Shown piece after piece: positions 47,867 through 61,600 of a stretch of DNA of 64,000 nucleotides. Each line of letters begins with the position of its first letter. Position 1 is the stretch's first letter. The translations under genes were made by a program, and so were the position numbers. Under the pieces are notes generated by a model that searched no databases, was not told the DNA's origin, and saw only the letters and a program-made list of their open reading frames with translations. Source of the DNA: Octopus sinensis (Eukaryota); the NCBI RefSeq assembly GCF_006345805.1, contig NC_042999.1:19716001-19780000 (forward strand). Direction: 5' to 3'.

Positions 47867-49671
47867 CGGGAAGCTTTATGAAAATAGACAAAAGACGAAG
47901 GCAGGTGGAAAACAAACAAACAATTGTATTAGTATGGCGCTCAGGAAATATATAAATAAAACAAGTCTTTAACGTTTCGAGCCTACGCTCTTCAACAGAA
48001 AGATACACAGAGAGAAAAAAAACACAGAAAGAAGGAGAGAAAAAAAATGCGTGCAGTAACTAACGAATCAACATGGCGATCTGATTTCGGCCAGAGGTCA
48101 AAGATCAAACATGAGACGCAAGAGCGAAATAAGGGGAGATAATAGGGTTGATAATAGGGTTGAGTGACCCTAGGATAGGTCTGGACAGGCGTATGTTTGG
48201 GGTTGGTGTATGTATTAGTACGTATTAGTATGTATTAGTTGGTGTATATATTAGTATGGCACATCATATATGATGTGATGTGTAAAGTCGTGTGGTGTAG
48301 TGAGAAGAGGGAGAGGGAGAGAAGAGGGGGGAGAAGGGGAGGGGAAGAAGAGGGGGAGGAGAGGGGGAAGAGGAGAGGAGGGGAGAAGGAGGGAGGAGGA
48401 GGGGAGGAAAGAGGGGAGGGGGAGAGAGAGAGCAGAGGGAAGAGGGAAGGAGGGAGGGAGAAAGAGGGAAGAAGGGAAGGGGAGTAGGGGTGAAAGGATG
48501 AAGGACTGAAGAAGTAGGGGTCGGGGGGGAAAGGATAGGTGAGGAGGGGGAGAGGGGGGTTAGATGAGGAGGGGGGGAGAGTTGAGACCAAATGGCGTAT
48601 AAGAGCGAAGAGAGAAGATTAATTCCTGTTCACGGCGCAAACGGGAATCCGGATGGCCTCTGTGTAAGGACAAACCGAACACAGATAGGTGTTGCAAGGA
48701 GTGACCGGTGGAGCGGAAATGGCGTGAGACCGGTGTGTCGTTCGCAGGTGGATGTCACGAAGGTGTTCCGCGGACCGGTCAGCCAAGCGGCGTCCCGTTT
48801 GTCCGATGTACAAGGAATTGCAGAGAGAGCAAGAGACGCAATAGATAATATTGCTGGAGGTGCAGGTGAAGGAGTGGATGATGGGATAGGGTCGATGGTG
48901 GGTGCTAGTGAGGCGGGTGGTGTTGGAGAGGTAAGGGCAAGTGCGGCAACGTGGGCAGAAGCAGGGGAACGAGCCGGGTTGGGAGGTAGGGTCAGGGAAG
49001 GAGCTATGGACCAAAAGGTCTCGAAGGTTGTGGGCTCGTTTGAAAGAGGGGAGGGGTCGGTTAGGGAAGAGGTGTGAAGTGGACGGGTCGGACTGGAGAT
49101 GACGGAAAGCTCGAAGAATGGTGCGTTGGAGACGTAGGGTCGTGTGGTGGTAAGTGAGGGGAAAAGGGAAGCGGGAGACTACAGGGCGGGTTCGGGGAGA
49201 GAGAGCAGATACACGGTCCACGGACCGTGCTCTGGCAAGGGCGGTGTGGATAGTGGTGAGGGGGTATCCACGTAGGGTGAAGTGGTGAGCCATACGTTGA
49301 GACTGAGTCTCAAAGTCATGGTCGTCACTACAGAGCCTACGTAGACGGAGGAATTGGGAATAGGGGATGGAAAGCTTGGTGTGTTCTGGGTGGGAGGAAG
49401 AGAAGTTGAGGTATGAGTGTGAGTTTGTGTGTTTGTAGTGAATGGAGGTGGTAAGAGTGGAGTGAAGAATGCTAACCGAAATGTCGAGGAAGAGACAGAG
49501 GTGTTGGAGATAGTGGAAGTGAAGTGGAGGGCTGGATGGAAAGATTGGACGAAAGAGAGGAAGGAATCTAGATGTTCGCGGGAGAGTGAGGTGGCACCGA
49601 TAATGTCGTCAATGTAACGACCATATAGTTCAGGAGTGGGACCAGTGAAATTAGAGAATATTTGGGCCTCA

Positions 49672-49672
<1 letters not shown>
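47866..49672 (-). mobile_element. Penelope-like element: RT C-terminus, GIY-YIG endonuclease and terminal region with hammerhead-like motif
   Basis: YGRYIDDII...FHPALHFT; SFTCTSSNIIYCVSCSLCNSLYIGQTGRRLADR.AEH; HHR-like motif at 47966-48003. Confidence 0.9.
48300..48590. repeat. Polypurine (GA/G-rich) low-complexity tract inside the Penelope element
   Basis: Almost pure A/G on the plus strand with many G-runs. Confidence 0.9.
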
Positions 49673-49712
<40 letters not shown>

Positions 49713-50460
49713 TATAAAACTGTAGTTGTGTGAGTGTCTGTCCCCTTCGATTTAGATTCCTAACTACTCCCACATTTTGCGATGCAGTTTAACCAAATTC
49801 GGGTATCTTATAGTCCTGATTCATATCGAGCCCGTCTGAGTATTAGCGCGCGTCTACAATGAGTCTACGATTTTAAAAATAATTTAACATCATTTTTTAT
49901 TCCATTTTAATGCATAATTTTTCGTGTGTCGATGGCGGCGGAGTTGGCGGCCATGGTCACACCTGCACCTGTTTGCTTCTCCCCCTTCTTCCCTCCCTCG
50001 TGAAGCTGTGGGGAAGGGAGTGTAAGGAAATCAACGTCGTAAAGCGTTGTCAAGGAGACCAGCGTTCTTTTAGAACAACGACTTCATGGCTTGAAGACAC
50101 TAAAACAGAAATGGCTAAGAAAGCCCGAATTGGCATCTATAAGGGAAGTAACTCTCTAAAATTGCTTATATAGTTATTTCCCTTACAAACCCGAGCAACG
50201 CTGGGCGATACTGCTAGTATATATATAAAACTGTCAAGAATATTGAAAAAGTAATAATTACATATTGTATAATTTTCTTCAATTCTACATAAGGCTGAAT
50301 TTTTTAGCTCTAACTTATATTTTTAAAATTTTGATGAAATTTAATAAATATAAAATTACATAGGTACAATTTGCCCAAGGTACCACTCGGTGGGACTGAA
50401 CCCGGAATCATAGGGTTGGGAAGCAAACTTCCTACCACACAGTCACTCCTGCGCCTATCT

Positions 50461-50534
50461 CTATTACTACTACTGCTGCTGCTGCTACCACCACTACTAC
50501 CACCACTACTACCACTACTACTACCACCACCACC

Positions 50535-50600
<66 letters not shown>

Positions 50601-50606
50601 AGTACC

Positions 50607-50641
<35 letters not shown>

Positions 50642-50642
50642 A

Positions 50643-50695
<53 letters not shown>

Positions 50696-50710
50696 ACTAC
50701 TACTACTATC
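50461..50710. repeat. Compound (CTA)n/(CTG)n/(CCA)n trinucleotide array
   Basis: Direct read. Confidence 0.95.
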
Positions 50711-50974
50711 TCTGCCTGTGACGAAACTCAACACCTTCTTCCTTCTTCAGTCTCCGTTTCCCTACAACTTCAACAAAGACAAGCATAACCCAAATTTAGT
50801 TAGTCCACTGCCTCTCATTTAAGTCGAAATCCAGAATTATGACGCTGTTCTTTACGACTGATATATCTGCACATACCTTGACTGCTATTTCCCTTATCTA
50901 CCTGGAACAAAATGCTCAATTCATAGAAGTAACTTCAACCATAGAATTCATGCTACAAGTTTAACACTACTAAA

Positions 50975-51407
50975 GGATCTTTTCCTTTTGAACGGCAGAT
51001 GTCAATACAATTTCTAGTTAACTAAACACTTTTAAACTTCGTGTACTGGTAGAATGTGTTTATAAAACATCATTTTTTTCTTGGTTTTATTGAGAAAATT
51101 CTATAGTTTGTAAGATATTTCGTCTGAAAATCCGAGCATTTCGGCAATTTTAACCATTCGATTACCTCCATTCAACTAAAATCCTTTGCTGCGTCTAAAA
51201 CTGAGACAACATCCTGTAACTAACCCTAAGCCTCCCCCCCTAACCCTAACCCTAACCCTAATTTTTTTTTCTTAATTGTTAAATTAATTGATTCCATTGC
51301 TTTAGTTTTTTTACACGCGTAACAATTAAATTATTTTAACAATTAAGAAAAAAAATTAGGGTTAGGGTTAGGGTGAGGTTTAGGGTTAGTGACAGGATGT
51401 TGTCTCG
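50975..51407. mobile_element. Truncated copy of the Merlin-like MITE with internal inverted (TAACCC)n/(GGGTTA)n units
   Basis: Left TIR matches 4401 onward; ccctaa and ttaggg arrays at about 51240-51260 and 51356-51390. Confidence 0.75.
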
Positions 51408-51861
51408 CCTTCCCCAACATGACAAGTTATATCTACAGCAATATTTTATGCTCACACTTCTCCCTTGGATCCGACGTACAATCAAAAGCAACACTCCTAG
51501 CCAACATCAAAATCTTCATAAAAACATACCCTTTTGCAGTAGTTTTATATCATGGTGTTAGATAAATAGACTAACGAAGCAGGGGTAAAGAAATAATTAC
51601 ACGATCCACAACGATTACTGTTAGACAAGGTTAAAAGCTCTCAGCCAATGTCTCACAGTGAACTTCTTAGCCTGAACTACTGACATTTCTTTATTTTGTA
51701 ACAATGTGTCAGTTCACTTTTAGTCACTTCCTTCCACTTTTAATCCTTCCACAACAAGTTGTGCCGGTGCGTAAGTTTCCCTCAACTCAGGAAACAAGGA
51801 AACATACATCAGAAAAAATAAATAAACTCAACAGCCCCAGGATAACCTTTCCAACATTTTA

Positions 51862-52106
51862 GGAAACTGAAGCAGACGATTTCATCTCAATCGAAGGAGA
51901 GGAGCTTTCTCCGTCCGGGTTGCGGATCCGTGGAACAAGCTGCCAGACGAGATGGTGAAGATGCCGACGACCGCTTTGTTCAAAGCCTCCCTGGACCTCA
52001 AGTGGCCTGAACTCTTTACATGAACACCACCCTGTACTTAACTCCATGTCCCCCTACATGGCCTTGCTATTTGCTTTTGAGCCAAATTAACTAACTAACT
52101 AACTAA
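51862..52106 (+). mobile_element. 3' end of a CR1-clade LINE with (CTAA)n tail
   Basis: RRGAFSVRVADPWNKLPDEMVKMPTTALFKASLD. Confidence 0.88.
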
Positions 52107-52809
52107 CACTACCGACAAAACCGCTAGTGTAACCACAACTTGATCCACCAAATATTCCTTAACCAGACAAATTATTCTTTTTTATCCATGTGGAACCTGG
52201 CAAAAGAATTTCAGAAAACTGCCTTGGCTGTCATACTGTACATCTGTCATTACCCCTAGTGCAAAAACTGCTCCCATCGCTGCCATAAAGCCATCAGTCT
52301 CTCTCGAGGCCTTTCAAAAAATGTAATCAAGCCACTACTCTAATCTTAACATTTTTGCTGAATGCACAAATCATCAGATCAACCTTTCATGCGATAAGAT
52401 CTTTTCTTTTTTTCCCTCTCTTTCTCCATCGGTTACGACGATGAGGGTTCCGGTTGATCCGATCAACGGAACAGTCTGCTCGTGAAATTAACGTGTAAGT
52501 GGCTGAGCACTCCACAGACACGTGTACCCTTAACGTAGTTCTCGGGGATATTCAGCGTGACACAGAGAGTGACAAGGCCGGCCCTTTGAAATACAGGTAC
52601 AACAGAAACAGGAAGTAAGAGTGAGAGAAAGTTGTGGTGAAAGAGTACAGCCGGGATCACCACCATCCCTGCCAGAGCCTCGTGGAGCTTTAGGTGTTTT
52701 CGCTCAATAAACACCCACAACGCCCGGTCTGGGAATCGAAACCGCGATCCTACGACAGCGAGTCCGCTGCCCTAACCACTGGGCCATTGCGCCTCCACAT
52801 GCGATAAGA

Positions 52810-54440
52810 TAGAAAGATCAACATAGAGTTACCGACCAGTGAGGAATATTACCACGAATCACCCGAGAGAGTGTCGACATGAATTCGGATTCCCTCAAGC
52901 AATTTTCTGGATGAATTCACTGGACGATGGCTATTTTGCTGAAAATCTTCTATCGCAGCTGATTGTCCCAGTTTTCAAAAAGGAAAACAAATTACAGGAG
53001 TGGCTGTGTCGTAAGTAGCTTGCTAACCAACCACATGGTTCCGGGTAAGGTCCCACTGCGTGGCATCTTGGGCAAGTGTCTTCTGCTATAGCCCCGGGCC
53101 CACCAATGCCTTGTGAGTGGATTTGGTAGACGGAAACTGAAAGAAGCCTGTCGTATATATGTATATATATATATATATATTTGTGTGTCTGTGTTTGTCC
53201 CCCTAGCATTGCTTGACAACCGATGCTGGCGTGTTTATGTCCCCGTCACGAAGCGGTTCGGCAAAAGAGACCGATAGAATAAGTACTGGGCTTACAAAAG
53301 AATAAGTCCCGGGGTCGAGTTGCTCGTTTAAAGGCGGTGCTCCAGCATGGCCGCGGTCAAATGACTGAAACAAGTAAAAGAGAGTAAAAGAGAGTGCTCG
53401 CAGCAAAGCACCGACCGATCTTACCTTATTGTCAAATTATTTGATAGAGTGATGAAGTCTCGAGTAAGTCACTTCCTGGAAAGTAAATCAACTTTTTTCA
53501 AAACAATGTTTTGTTTTGCACCAGCAGCGACTACTTAAGACAGCTCTGGTATCATATTCATCCTAGCCTAAAGGCCCCAAGAGAGGGTTTCAATGCATTT
53601 ATCTTCACTTCAGCGAGGCTTTCAATAAATTTAATCACAGTATACTGTCAAAGTAACTATCCAACATCGGGGTCTGAGGGAAATCATTAAGGTGGATTTA
53701 AGCATGTGAAGATCGACGGCGTTCGATCAAGTTCAGCCCCTGTCATCAGTGGAGCCCGTCAAGGCCATGTATCGGACCCATTTCTCTTCATTATTTACAT
53801 TAGGGACACCATTCACGTTGTCATAGCAACATAAAAATTGACATGATCCGCAGAGTGTGCTCGTGGGTTCACAGAACTTTCTGATCTAGAGATGCTCCTA
53901 ATATTCATCCTTCGCTTCTCTATCATCGCCCGTCCTCACGTATGAAACTGTTATGCGTTCTGGTCTCTCTACTCGAAAGTAAGTATAAAAATTAAAGCAT
54001 CCCAGAGATCAATCAAAGAAAAAGCAAGACGACATGACAGGTTTTGACTTCTGGGATCGGATCGCGAGGCTCAAGCTTTATTCCCTCTAACGCCGCCATG
54101 GGTGTTATATCATTTGTATAATGTGGAAAATATCCCAACATTGTCCAAATGATGTTGGATTCAACTTCAAAATTCACTCTAGACTTGGTCCCAATGCCAT
54201 CTGTCCTCTACAAAAATTGCCCTCGCATCACATTACAACACCGAGACTGAACTATTTTGCCTCAACTTGCCCTGCTCTCTTCAACACCAATCCAAGACAT
54301 ATAAAGGAAGATATAAAAATCCCAACAGTCAAACGTTTCCCGGATGTATAACCCCAAAAAGTTCCAGATAAAGCAACTACACTCGGATGTATCCCTGCAA
54401 ACAACTCTTTGTACGCAAGGGCTATGGTGCCCAAAGCACG
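52810..54440 (+). mobile_element. Highly decayed CR1/L2-group LINE (RT region to C-terminus), interrupted by a SINE
   Basis: IVPVFKK-like, YLHFSEAFNKFNHSIL...NIGV.GKSLRWI, and C-terminal RLG...C...PALFNTNP...KRF.D...PD remnants. Confidence 0.6.
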
Positions 54441-54541
54441 ATTAAATGTCTTTATAGGTGCTGTTGTTAAATTAGTGATGGCTTGGGTAAATTATGGCCG
54501 AAATCTAAGTATCTCCATACCCTTAACAAATATGTACTCAC

Positions 54542-54685
54542 CATACGTTTGCTTGTCACACTTCTTTCCATGCCATCCATCTTCGCAGCCATTTTTACAG
54601 ATTCCAGAAATTTGGTGACATGATTCCCCTCGAGAACAATGACATTCATTTGTACAATTTTTTCCATACAATTCGGGTGGACATC
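54542..54685 (-). CDS. Receptor gene exon 4 (EGF-like: GCPPELYGKNCTNECHCSRGESCHQISGICKNGCEDGWHGKKCD)
   Basis: atttag|GA...TATG|gtgagt; 144 nt, phase 1-1. Confidence 0.92.
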
Positions 54686-55089
54686 CTAAATTGATAATAT
54701 CGAAACAATTTCTTTTTATTACGTTTATATATTTGTTGCGTAAGATTTTTTATGTGAAGTCGTGTGTTGAAACAGATATTGTTGTATTTCGGAATGGTCA
54801 TTTTGCCAGTTTAGCTAATAAACATAGACGCACAAGAGATATACGCATGCGCAAATGAAGACACATACAATAGAAATACAAAATGGCTGACGGTTAGTAA
54901 GGAGAGACACACAAATAAGAAAGAAGAAAACAAAGGACCACTGATGCGGTCACAGAAGAACTTTGGTCGAAATAAGATTAAAATTAATGTAAAAAATAAA
55001 TAACACTGAAACAAAGTAACACCAAATATATAGTGCGTGTGTTTTCATTGGCTAAACTGGTAAAATGACCATTCCGAAATACAACAATT

Positions 55090-55520
55090 TTGAGTACTAA
55101 TCCATCTAAATGATTCTGTAAGCCTCGAAATTGATGGTAATCAGAAGGGGAGAGTTCCGGCAAATAAAGCAGGTAAGGGATTTTCTCCCAGCCAAGTTCC
55201 TCGATTTTCTTCAGATGCAATCTTTGCACTGTGAGACCATGCATTATCATCTTGAAACACCACTGCTTTACCATTCGCTAAAGCAGGCCTTTATTCAAAG
55301 CATACAAGTTCTTTGATTCTTGGCAATAGGTGTGAGCAGTAATGGTTGCATTAGTTGGTAGCACCGCAAAGTGGAAAATTCTCACCAAACAGGAAGAAGA
55401 AACTTTTTTGCCCGGAAGTCCTTTTAGAGTCGTGGTTTAACCTGTTCTTCACAGCTAAGCCATTGCCTGCATCGGTTATAGTTTTCTTTACAAACCCATT
55501 TTTAATCACCAGTCACTAAT
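55090..55520 (-). mobile_element. Mariner transposase fragment
   Basis: KIEELGWEKIPYLLYLPELSPSDYHQFRGLQNHLDG (degenerate YSPDLAPSD). Confidence 0.75.
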
Positions 55521-56969
55521 CTGTCCCAAGGTGGAGGCACATGGCCTAGTGGTTAGAGCAGCGGACTAGCGGTCGAGGGATTGCGGGTCCGAATCTCAGA
55601 CCGGACGATGTGTGTATTTATGAGCGAAATACCTAAGCTCTACGCGGCTCCGGCAGAAGGTAATGGCGAAACTTCTGCTGACTCTTTCGCCTCAACTTTC
55701 TCTCACTCTATCCTCCTGCATCTTGCAGCTCACTTGCGATGGACTGCGTCCCGTCCAGGTGGGAAATCTATACGTGAAGGAAACCGGGAAACCGGCCCCA
55801 ATGAGCCAGGCATGACTCGAGAAGGAACAAACAAAAAATCTGTCCCAAGGTGGTGAAATACGCTTATGAGAGTAAAGAGACGAGCAGATGTCCACTCGTG
55901 ATTTTTAGTTGGCTTCTGTCAACTCATGGGGAACCTATTTTCCGAGTTTCTGTTCCTATCCAAGCCGTTGAAGATGGCGATGAACAGTTGAAAGTTTTGG
56001 ATTGAGCTTGCTTGCCAATTCTTCAACTGACACAGCATTATACTTCTCAAGCTCTGGCAACAGATGTTCATCGACAAATGCAAATTCAACATGGCGTCAC
56101 ATTCGCGGTCTCTCACTTCGGCTGACGTTACGATTTTTGAAAACTGCAAACCATTTTCTGTGACTTCTTTCGTTGAAGCACTCTTCTCCATAAACAGAAC
56201 GGGTATTTCGGGCTGTTTCTGCAGCACTGTTTCCCTTAACATTATGTTTCCCATAACATTATGTTTCACATAACACTATATTTCCCATAACATTATGTGC
56301 CTTGAATACTTCTTCGAGGCGTTCATCTTTGAGCGGTTAATATTAGTAATTAATTCAATCAGATTATTCTTCAACAAGAAATTATAATAATTTAAAGATT
56401 TCCAAATTAATATGTGTCTCAATCAATACATTTGACGTTTCAGAATACAGTAAAATTTGATAGAAATTACATATATGATAGTTCAGACATTACTTTTGGG
56501 ATGTCGTGATATATAACACAGTGCCCCAGCATGGCCGCAGTCCAGTGACTGAAGCAAAACATATATCTACACAAATATTTGTGATCTATACTCTTTCTCT
56601 TTTACTTGTTTTCAGTCATTTGACTGCGGCTATTGTTTCATTAAAGTCATGTATCACCTTGACCTTCGAAACGTGGAGTAGATGAAACAAAGCTGACTGA
56701 AGAAGGCGAATTTTCCTTGTTTTGTATGTCCTGTACTCTATTTTTTCGTTGTTTAAGAAAAATGTCCATTTCCTTGGTTTTGTGTTTATGTTTTCGTTTC
56801 TCATGGTGTTCGACGATTTTTTTGTGTCGTGTACCCATATATGCATGTATATATACATGTAGAGGTAGGTACGTAAATATATGTATGTATATATGCATAT
56901 GTTTTATTTATTTATTAACTTATTATATGACGGAACGCATGCATCCATTTCTAAGTAAGCTTGTTCTTA

Positions 56970-57003
<34 letters not shown>

Positions 57004-57568
57004 ATCTGTGTTTGTGCCCCCAACATCGCTTTGACAACCGATACTGGTGTGTTTACATCCCCGTAACCTAGCGGTTCGGCAAAAGAGACTGATAGAATAA
57101 GTACTAGGCTTACAAAGAATAAGTCCTGGGGTAGATTTGCTCGACTAAAAGGTGGTGCTCCAGCATGGCCACAGTCAAATGACTGAAATACGTAAAAGAG
57201 TAAAAGATTAATAAGAGACCTGTTGAAAAGTTGTCTTCTTAAAAAGTTGTTTCGATGAAAAATTGCTTCGAAAAGAAGTTGTGAGATGAATTATTGTTTG
57301 ATAAAAGGTTTTGGTATCAATGATCGCACTTAACATTTGGAAAAACATTTGATGATAGTTTTATAAAGACTCTTTTTACTCTTTTACTTGTTTGCCATAC
57401 TGGAGCACCGCCTTTAATCGAGCAACTCGACCCCGGGACGTATTCTTTTATTTTTTGTAAGCCCAGTACTTATTCTATCGGTCTCTTTTGCCGAACCGCT
57501 AAGTAACGGGGACATAAACACACCAGCATCGGTTGTCAAGCAATGCTAGGGGGACAAACACACACACG

Positions 57569-57639
<71 letters not shown>

Positions 57640-57917
57640 CATATATATATATACATATATACAACGGGCTTCTTTCAGTTTCCGTCTACCAAATCCACTC
57701 ACAAGGCTTTGGTCGGCCCGAGGCTATAGTAGAAGACACTTGCTCAAGGTGCCACGCACTGGAACTGAACCCGGAACCATGTGGTTGGTAAGCAAGCTAC
57801 TTACCACACAACCACTCCTACGCCTATTGTTTGATAAATGATTTTGGTATCAATGATCGCACTTAACATTTGGAAAGGCATTTGATAATAGTTTTATAAA
57901 GCGAGACATCAACATAC

Positions 57918-58061
57918 CAATTAACTTAATATGATTAACTCCGGCTTTGCCATCGATATACAATTTATCAGCCGTTGCATCACCAGTACACATTGTCTTA
58001 TTTGTATTTGGTTTTAGGTTGCATTCCATTCCACCTGGATAGGTAACTCTCATCGTTGAAT
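57918..58061 (-). CDS. Receptor gene exon 3 (DSTMRVTYPGGMECNLK...VNHIKLI)
   Basis: ttctctacag|AT...ATTG|gtatgt; 144 nt, phase 1-1, open; joins exon 4 as ...IKLI-GCP. Confidence 0.8.
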
Positions 58062-58250
58062 CTGTAGAGAAGGGTACATACAGAAAAATAAAAAGTATTG
58101 TGTCTGTAAATGTTAAGCTTAATTAAAAAATAAATTAAAGAAATGTGTGTGTATACATACATTCATACATACATACATACATACATACATACATACATAC
58201 ATACATACATACACGCATACATACACACACACACACACACATATATATAT

Positions 58251-58377
58251 AAAATTAGAAAAAAACACCTTTTATCAATTCAAAATGAACAATTAAATTA
58301 CACCATCTAGAAAACTACATATAACAGAAATATTAACATTAAAATAACAATAAAATGTCAAAGATTAAGTAAATTGC

Positions 58378-58422
<45 letters not shown>

Positions 58423-58602
58423 GTATATAAATTTATATACGTCATTATCATTATTATTATTTTTTTCTTTTTGCAATTTACTTAATCTTTGACATTTTAT
58501 TGTTATTTTAATGTTAATATTTCTATTATATGTCATTTTCTAGATTGTGTAATTTAATTGTTCATTTTGAATTGATAAAAGGTGGGTCTTTTTTCTATTT
58601 TT
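58251..58602. repeat. AT-rich palindromic MITE-like fold-back (arms about 130 bp)
   Basis: caccttttatcaattcaaaatgaac...aaattgcaa mirrored by ttgcaattt...gttcattttgaattgataaaaggtg; central palindrome acgtatataaatttatatacgt. Confidence 0.85.
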
Positions 58603-61600
58603 TTTAATATAAATATATTATATATTGTGTGAAATTTGATTTAATATTTCTAAATTGAATTTTGTTTCCCCGTAAGTTTTGGATTTTATTTCCTCAAATA
58701 TTAATAATTATATATCTATATATATAAAAGTGAAGTTGTGTGAGTGTCTGTCTCCTACGATTTAGATTCCTAACTACTCCCACATTTTGCGATGCAGTTT
58801 CACCAAATTCGGGTATCTTATAGTCGTGATTCATGTCGAGCCCGTCTGGGTATTAGCGCGCGTCTACGATGAGTCTACGATTTTAAAAATAATTTACCAT
58901 AATCTTTTCTCCATTTTAACGCATATTTTTTCGTGTGTCGATGGCGGCGGAGTTGGCGTCCATGCTCACACCTGCACCTGTGTTACTTCTCCCCCTTCTT
59001 CCCTCCCTCGTGAAGCTGTGGAGAAGGGAGTGTAAGGAAACCAACGTCGTAAAGCGTTGTCAAGGAGACCAGCGTTCTTTTAGAACAACGACTTCATGGC
59101 TTGAAGTCGCCAAAACAGAAATCACTAAAAAAGCTGAAACAGATCCACAAAAACGGCAAAAACCGCCACACAGGGCAGGTTTCCTGTGCAAACAATTTGC
59201 ACAACCGAATGTTTTAGCTGTTGCACAAATCTTTATATATAAAAGTGAAGTTGTGTGTCTGTCTCCTACGATTTAGATTCCTAACTACTCCCACATTTTG
59301 CGATGCAGTTTAACCAAAACCGGGTATCTTATAGTCATGATTCATATCGAGCCCTTCTTGGTATTGGCGCGCGTCTACGATGAGTTTACGATTTAAAAAC
59401 AAAATTACCATCATTTTTTCCATTTTAATGCATTTTTTCGCTATTATATAAGGGATGTAACTCTCTAAAAATGTCTACGATGAGTCAACGATTTAAAAAA
59501 AAATTACCATAATTTTTTATTCCATTTTTAATGCATTCTTTTGCTATCTTTTTGCTATAACTCTCTAAAAATGCTTATATAGTTATTTCCCTTACAAACC
59601 CGAGCAACGCCGGGCGATACTGCTAGTATATATATAAATATATATATATATTGTTATATTTCGGAATGGTCATATTGACAGTTTAGCCAATAAATCTTGC
59701 TGAACAAATATATATATATATATTTTCAAACTTCTTTTTTACAAATATATATATATATATATATATATACCCATCAAATCATCATCATCATAATCAATAT
59801 TATTATCATATCAACTTGAATTTGAATATATACATACATTATATTTTACACCCTGTGCAGCCGGATCCATGACTACATTTTAGTACTAATTTGCAGTGAT
59901 CTCCCTTTTCTTACCTTATTAATGCATTGAAGTAGAATGAATATAACAGTATGCTTTCTGCCAAACATTTTTTGTGTTTCATGTTTACATAGAGAAGACT
60001 ATTAAATACCGCCTACTATTTTTCTTAAACATGCTATGAAACCAGCTGAAGTCAATGAAATTGATAAATATGTTAAAGAGGGAGAGAAAGAGTAAATAAT
60101 AAAGAAAGATCTACCTTTACGCTGCAGTACTTGCATTATTAATATTATTTAAGGTGGCAAGCTAACATGCCTTCTGATGATTTACTTTCAAATTCCGCCG
60201 AAGTCGATTTTGCCTTTCATTCTACGGGGTTTGATAGAATAAATCTCCTCCAGTACTAATCTGGATTTTGGCTAACTTGAAAGTTAATATATAAGCGTAG
60301 GAGTAGCTGTGTGGTCAGTAATTGCTTACGAACCACATGGTTCCGGGTCCAGTGTCACGTAGTGGCACCTTGGATAAGTGTCTTCTACTATAGCCTCGGG
60401 CCCACCAAAGCCTTGTGAGTGGATTTGGTAGACGGAAACTGAAAGAAGCCGTCGTATATATATGTATGTATATATCTCTTTTACTCTTTTACTCTTTTAC
60501 TTGTTTCAGTCATTTGACTGCGGCCATGCTGGGGCACCGCTTTTAATCGAGCAACTCGACCCCGGGACTTATTCTTTGTAAGCCCAGTACTTATTCTATC
60601 GGTCTCTTTTGCCGAACCGCTTCGTGACGGGGACATAAACACACCAGCATCGGTTGTCAAGCAATGCTAGGGGGACAAACACAAACATGCACGCACACAC
60701 ACACATATATATATATACATATATACGACGGGCTTCTTTCAGTTTCCGTCTACCAAATCCACTCACAAGGCTTTGGTCGGCCCGAGGCTATAGTAGAAAA
60801 CACTTGCCCAAGGTGGCACGCAGTGGGACTGAACCCGGGACCATCTGGTTGGTAAACAAGCTACTTACCACACAGCCACTCCTACGCCTATATATGTGTG
60901 TGTATATGTTTGTGTGTCTGTGTTTGCGTTTGTCCACCCCCCGCCAACATCGCTTGACAACCGATGCTGGTGTGTTTACGTCCCCGTAACGTAGCGGTTC
61001 GGCAAAAGAGACCGATAGAATAAGTACTAGGCTTGCAAAGAATGGGTCCTGGGTGGTCGATTTGCTCAACTAAAGGCGGTGCTCCAGCATGGCCACAATC
61101 ACGTGATTGAAACAAGTAAAAGAGTAAAGAGTATATATCACATTGCCAATGTTTTCACAGATATTGCACATTTGGAATGATCATTATAAATTTTCTAATA
61201 AACATTAAAAATTGTACTCTGTCAACTCGAACCAATATTTTTGTGTTTCAAGCAAATCATTTTATTGTCAGTCAATAGATAATCTCTAAATTGAAAACAA
61301 ATTAATTTCAATTTACTCTTTACTCTTTTTACTCTTTTACTTGTTTCAGTCATGTGACTATGGAACACCGCCTTTAGTCGATCAAATCGACCGCAGGACT
61401 TATTCTTTGTAAGCCTAGTACTTATATTATCGGTCACTTTTTTGCCGAACCGCTAAGTTACGGGAACGTAAACACACCAGCATCGGTTGTCAAGCGATGT
61501 TGGGGGGACAAACACGGACACACAAACACGCATATATGTATATAAACATATATACGACGCGCTTCTTTCAGTTTCCATCTACCAAATCCACTCGCAAGAC

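Noticed and set aside
51230-51395. Telomere or chromosome-fusion site
   Set aside because: Short inverted arrays lie inside a MITE whose other copy shows the same context.
54252-54460. Open frame after exon 4 as the next receptor exon
   Set aside because: It is the antisense of a LINE C-terminus and ends in a stop; exon 5 at 46495 gives a coherent FTP domain instead.
55919-56300. 116-aa minus-strand ORF with adjacent 18-bp tandem repeats as a gene or transposase
   Set aside because: No recognisable motif, TIR or splice pattern; possibly a decayed DNA transposon but unsupported.
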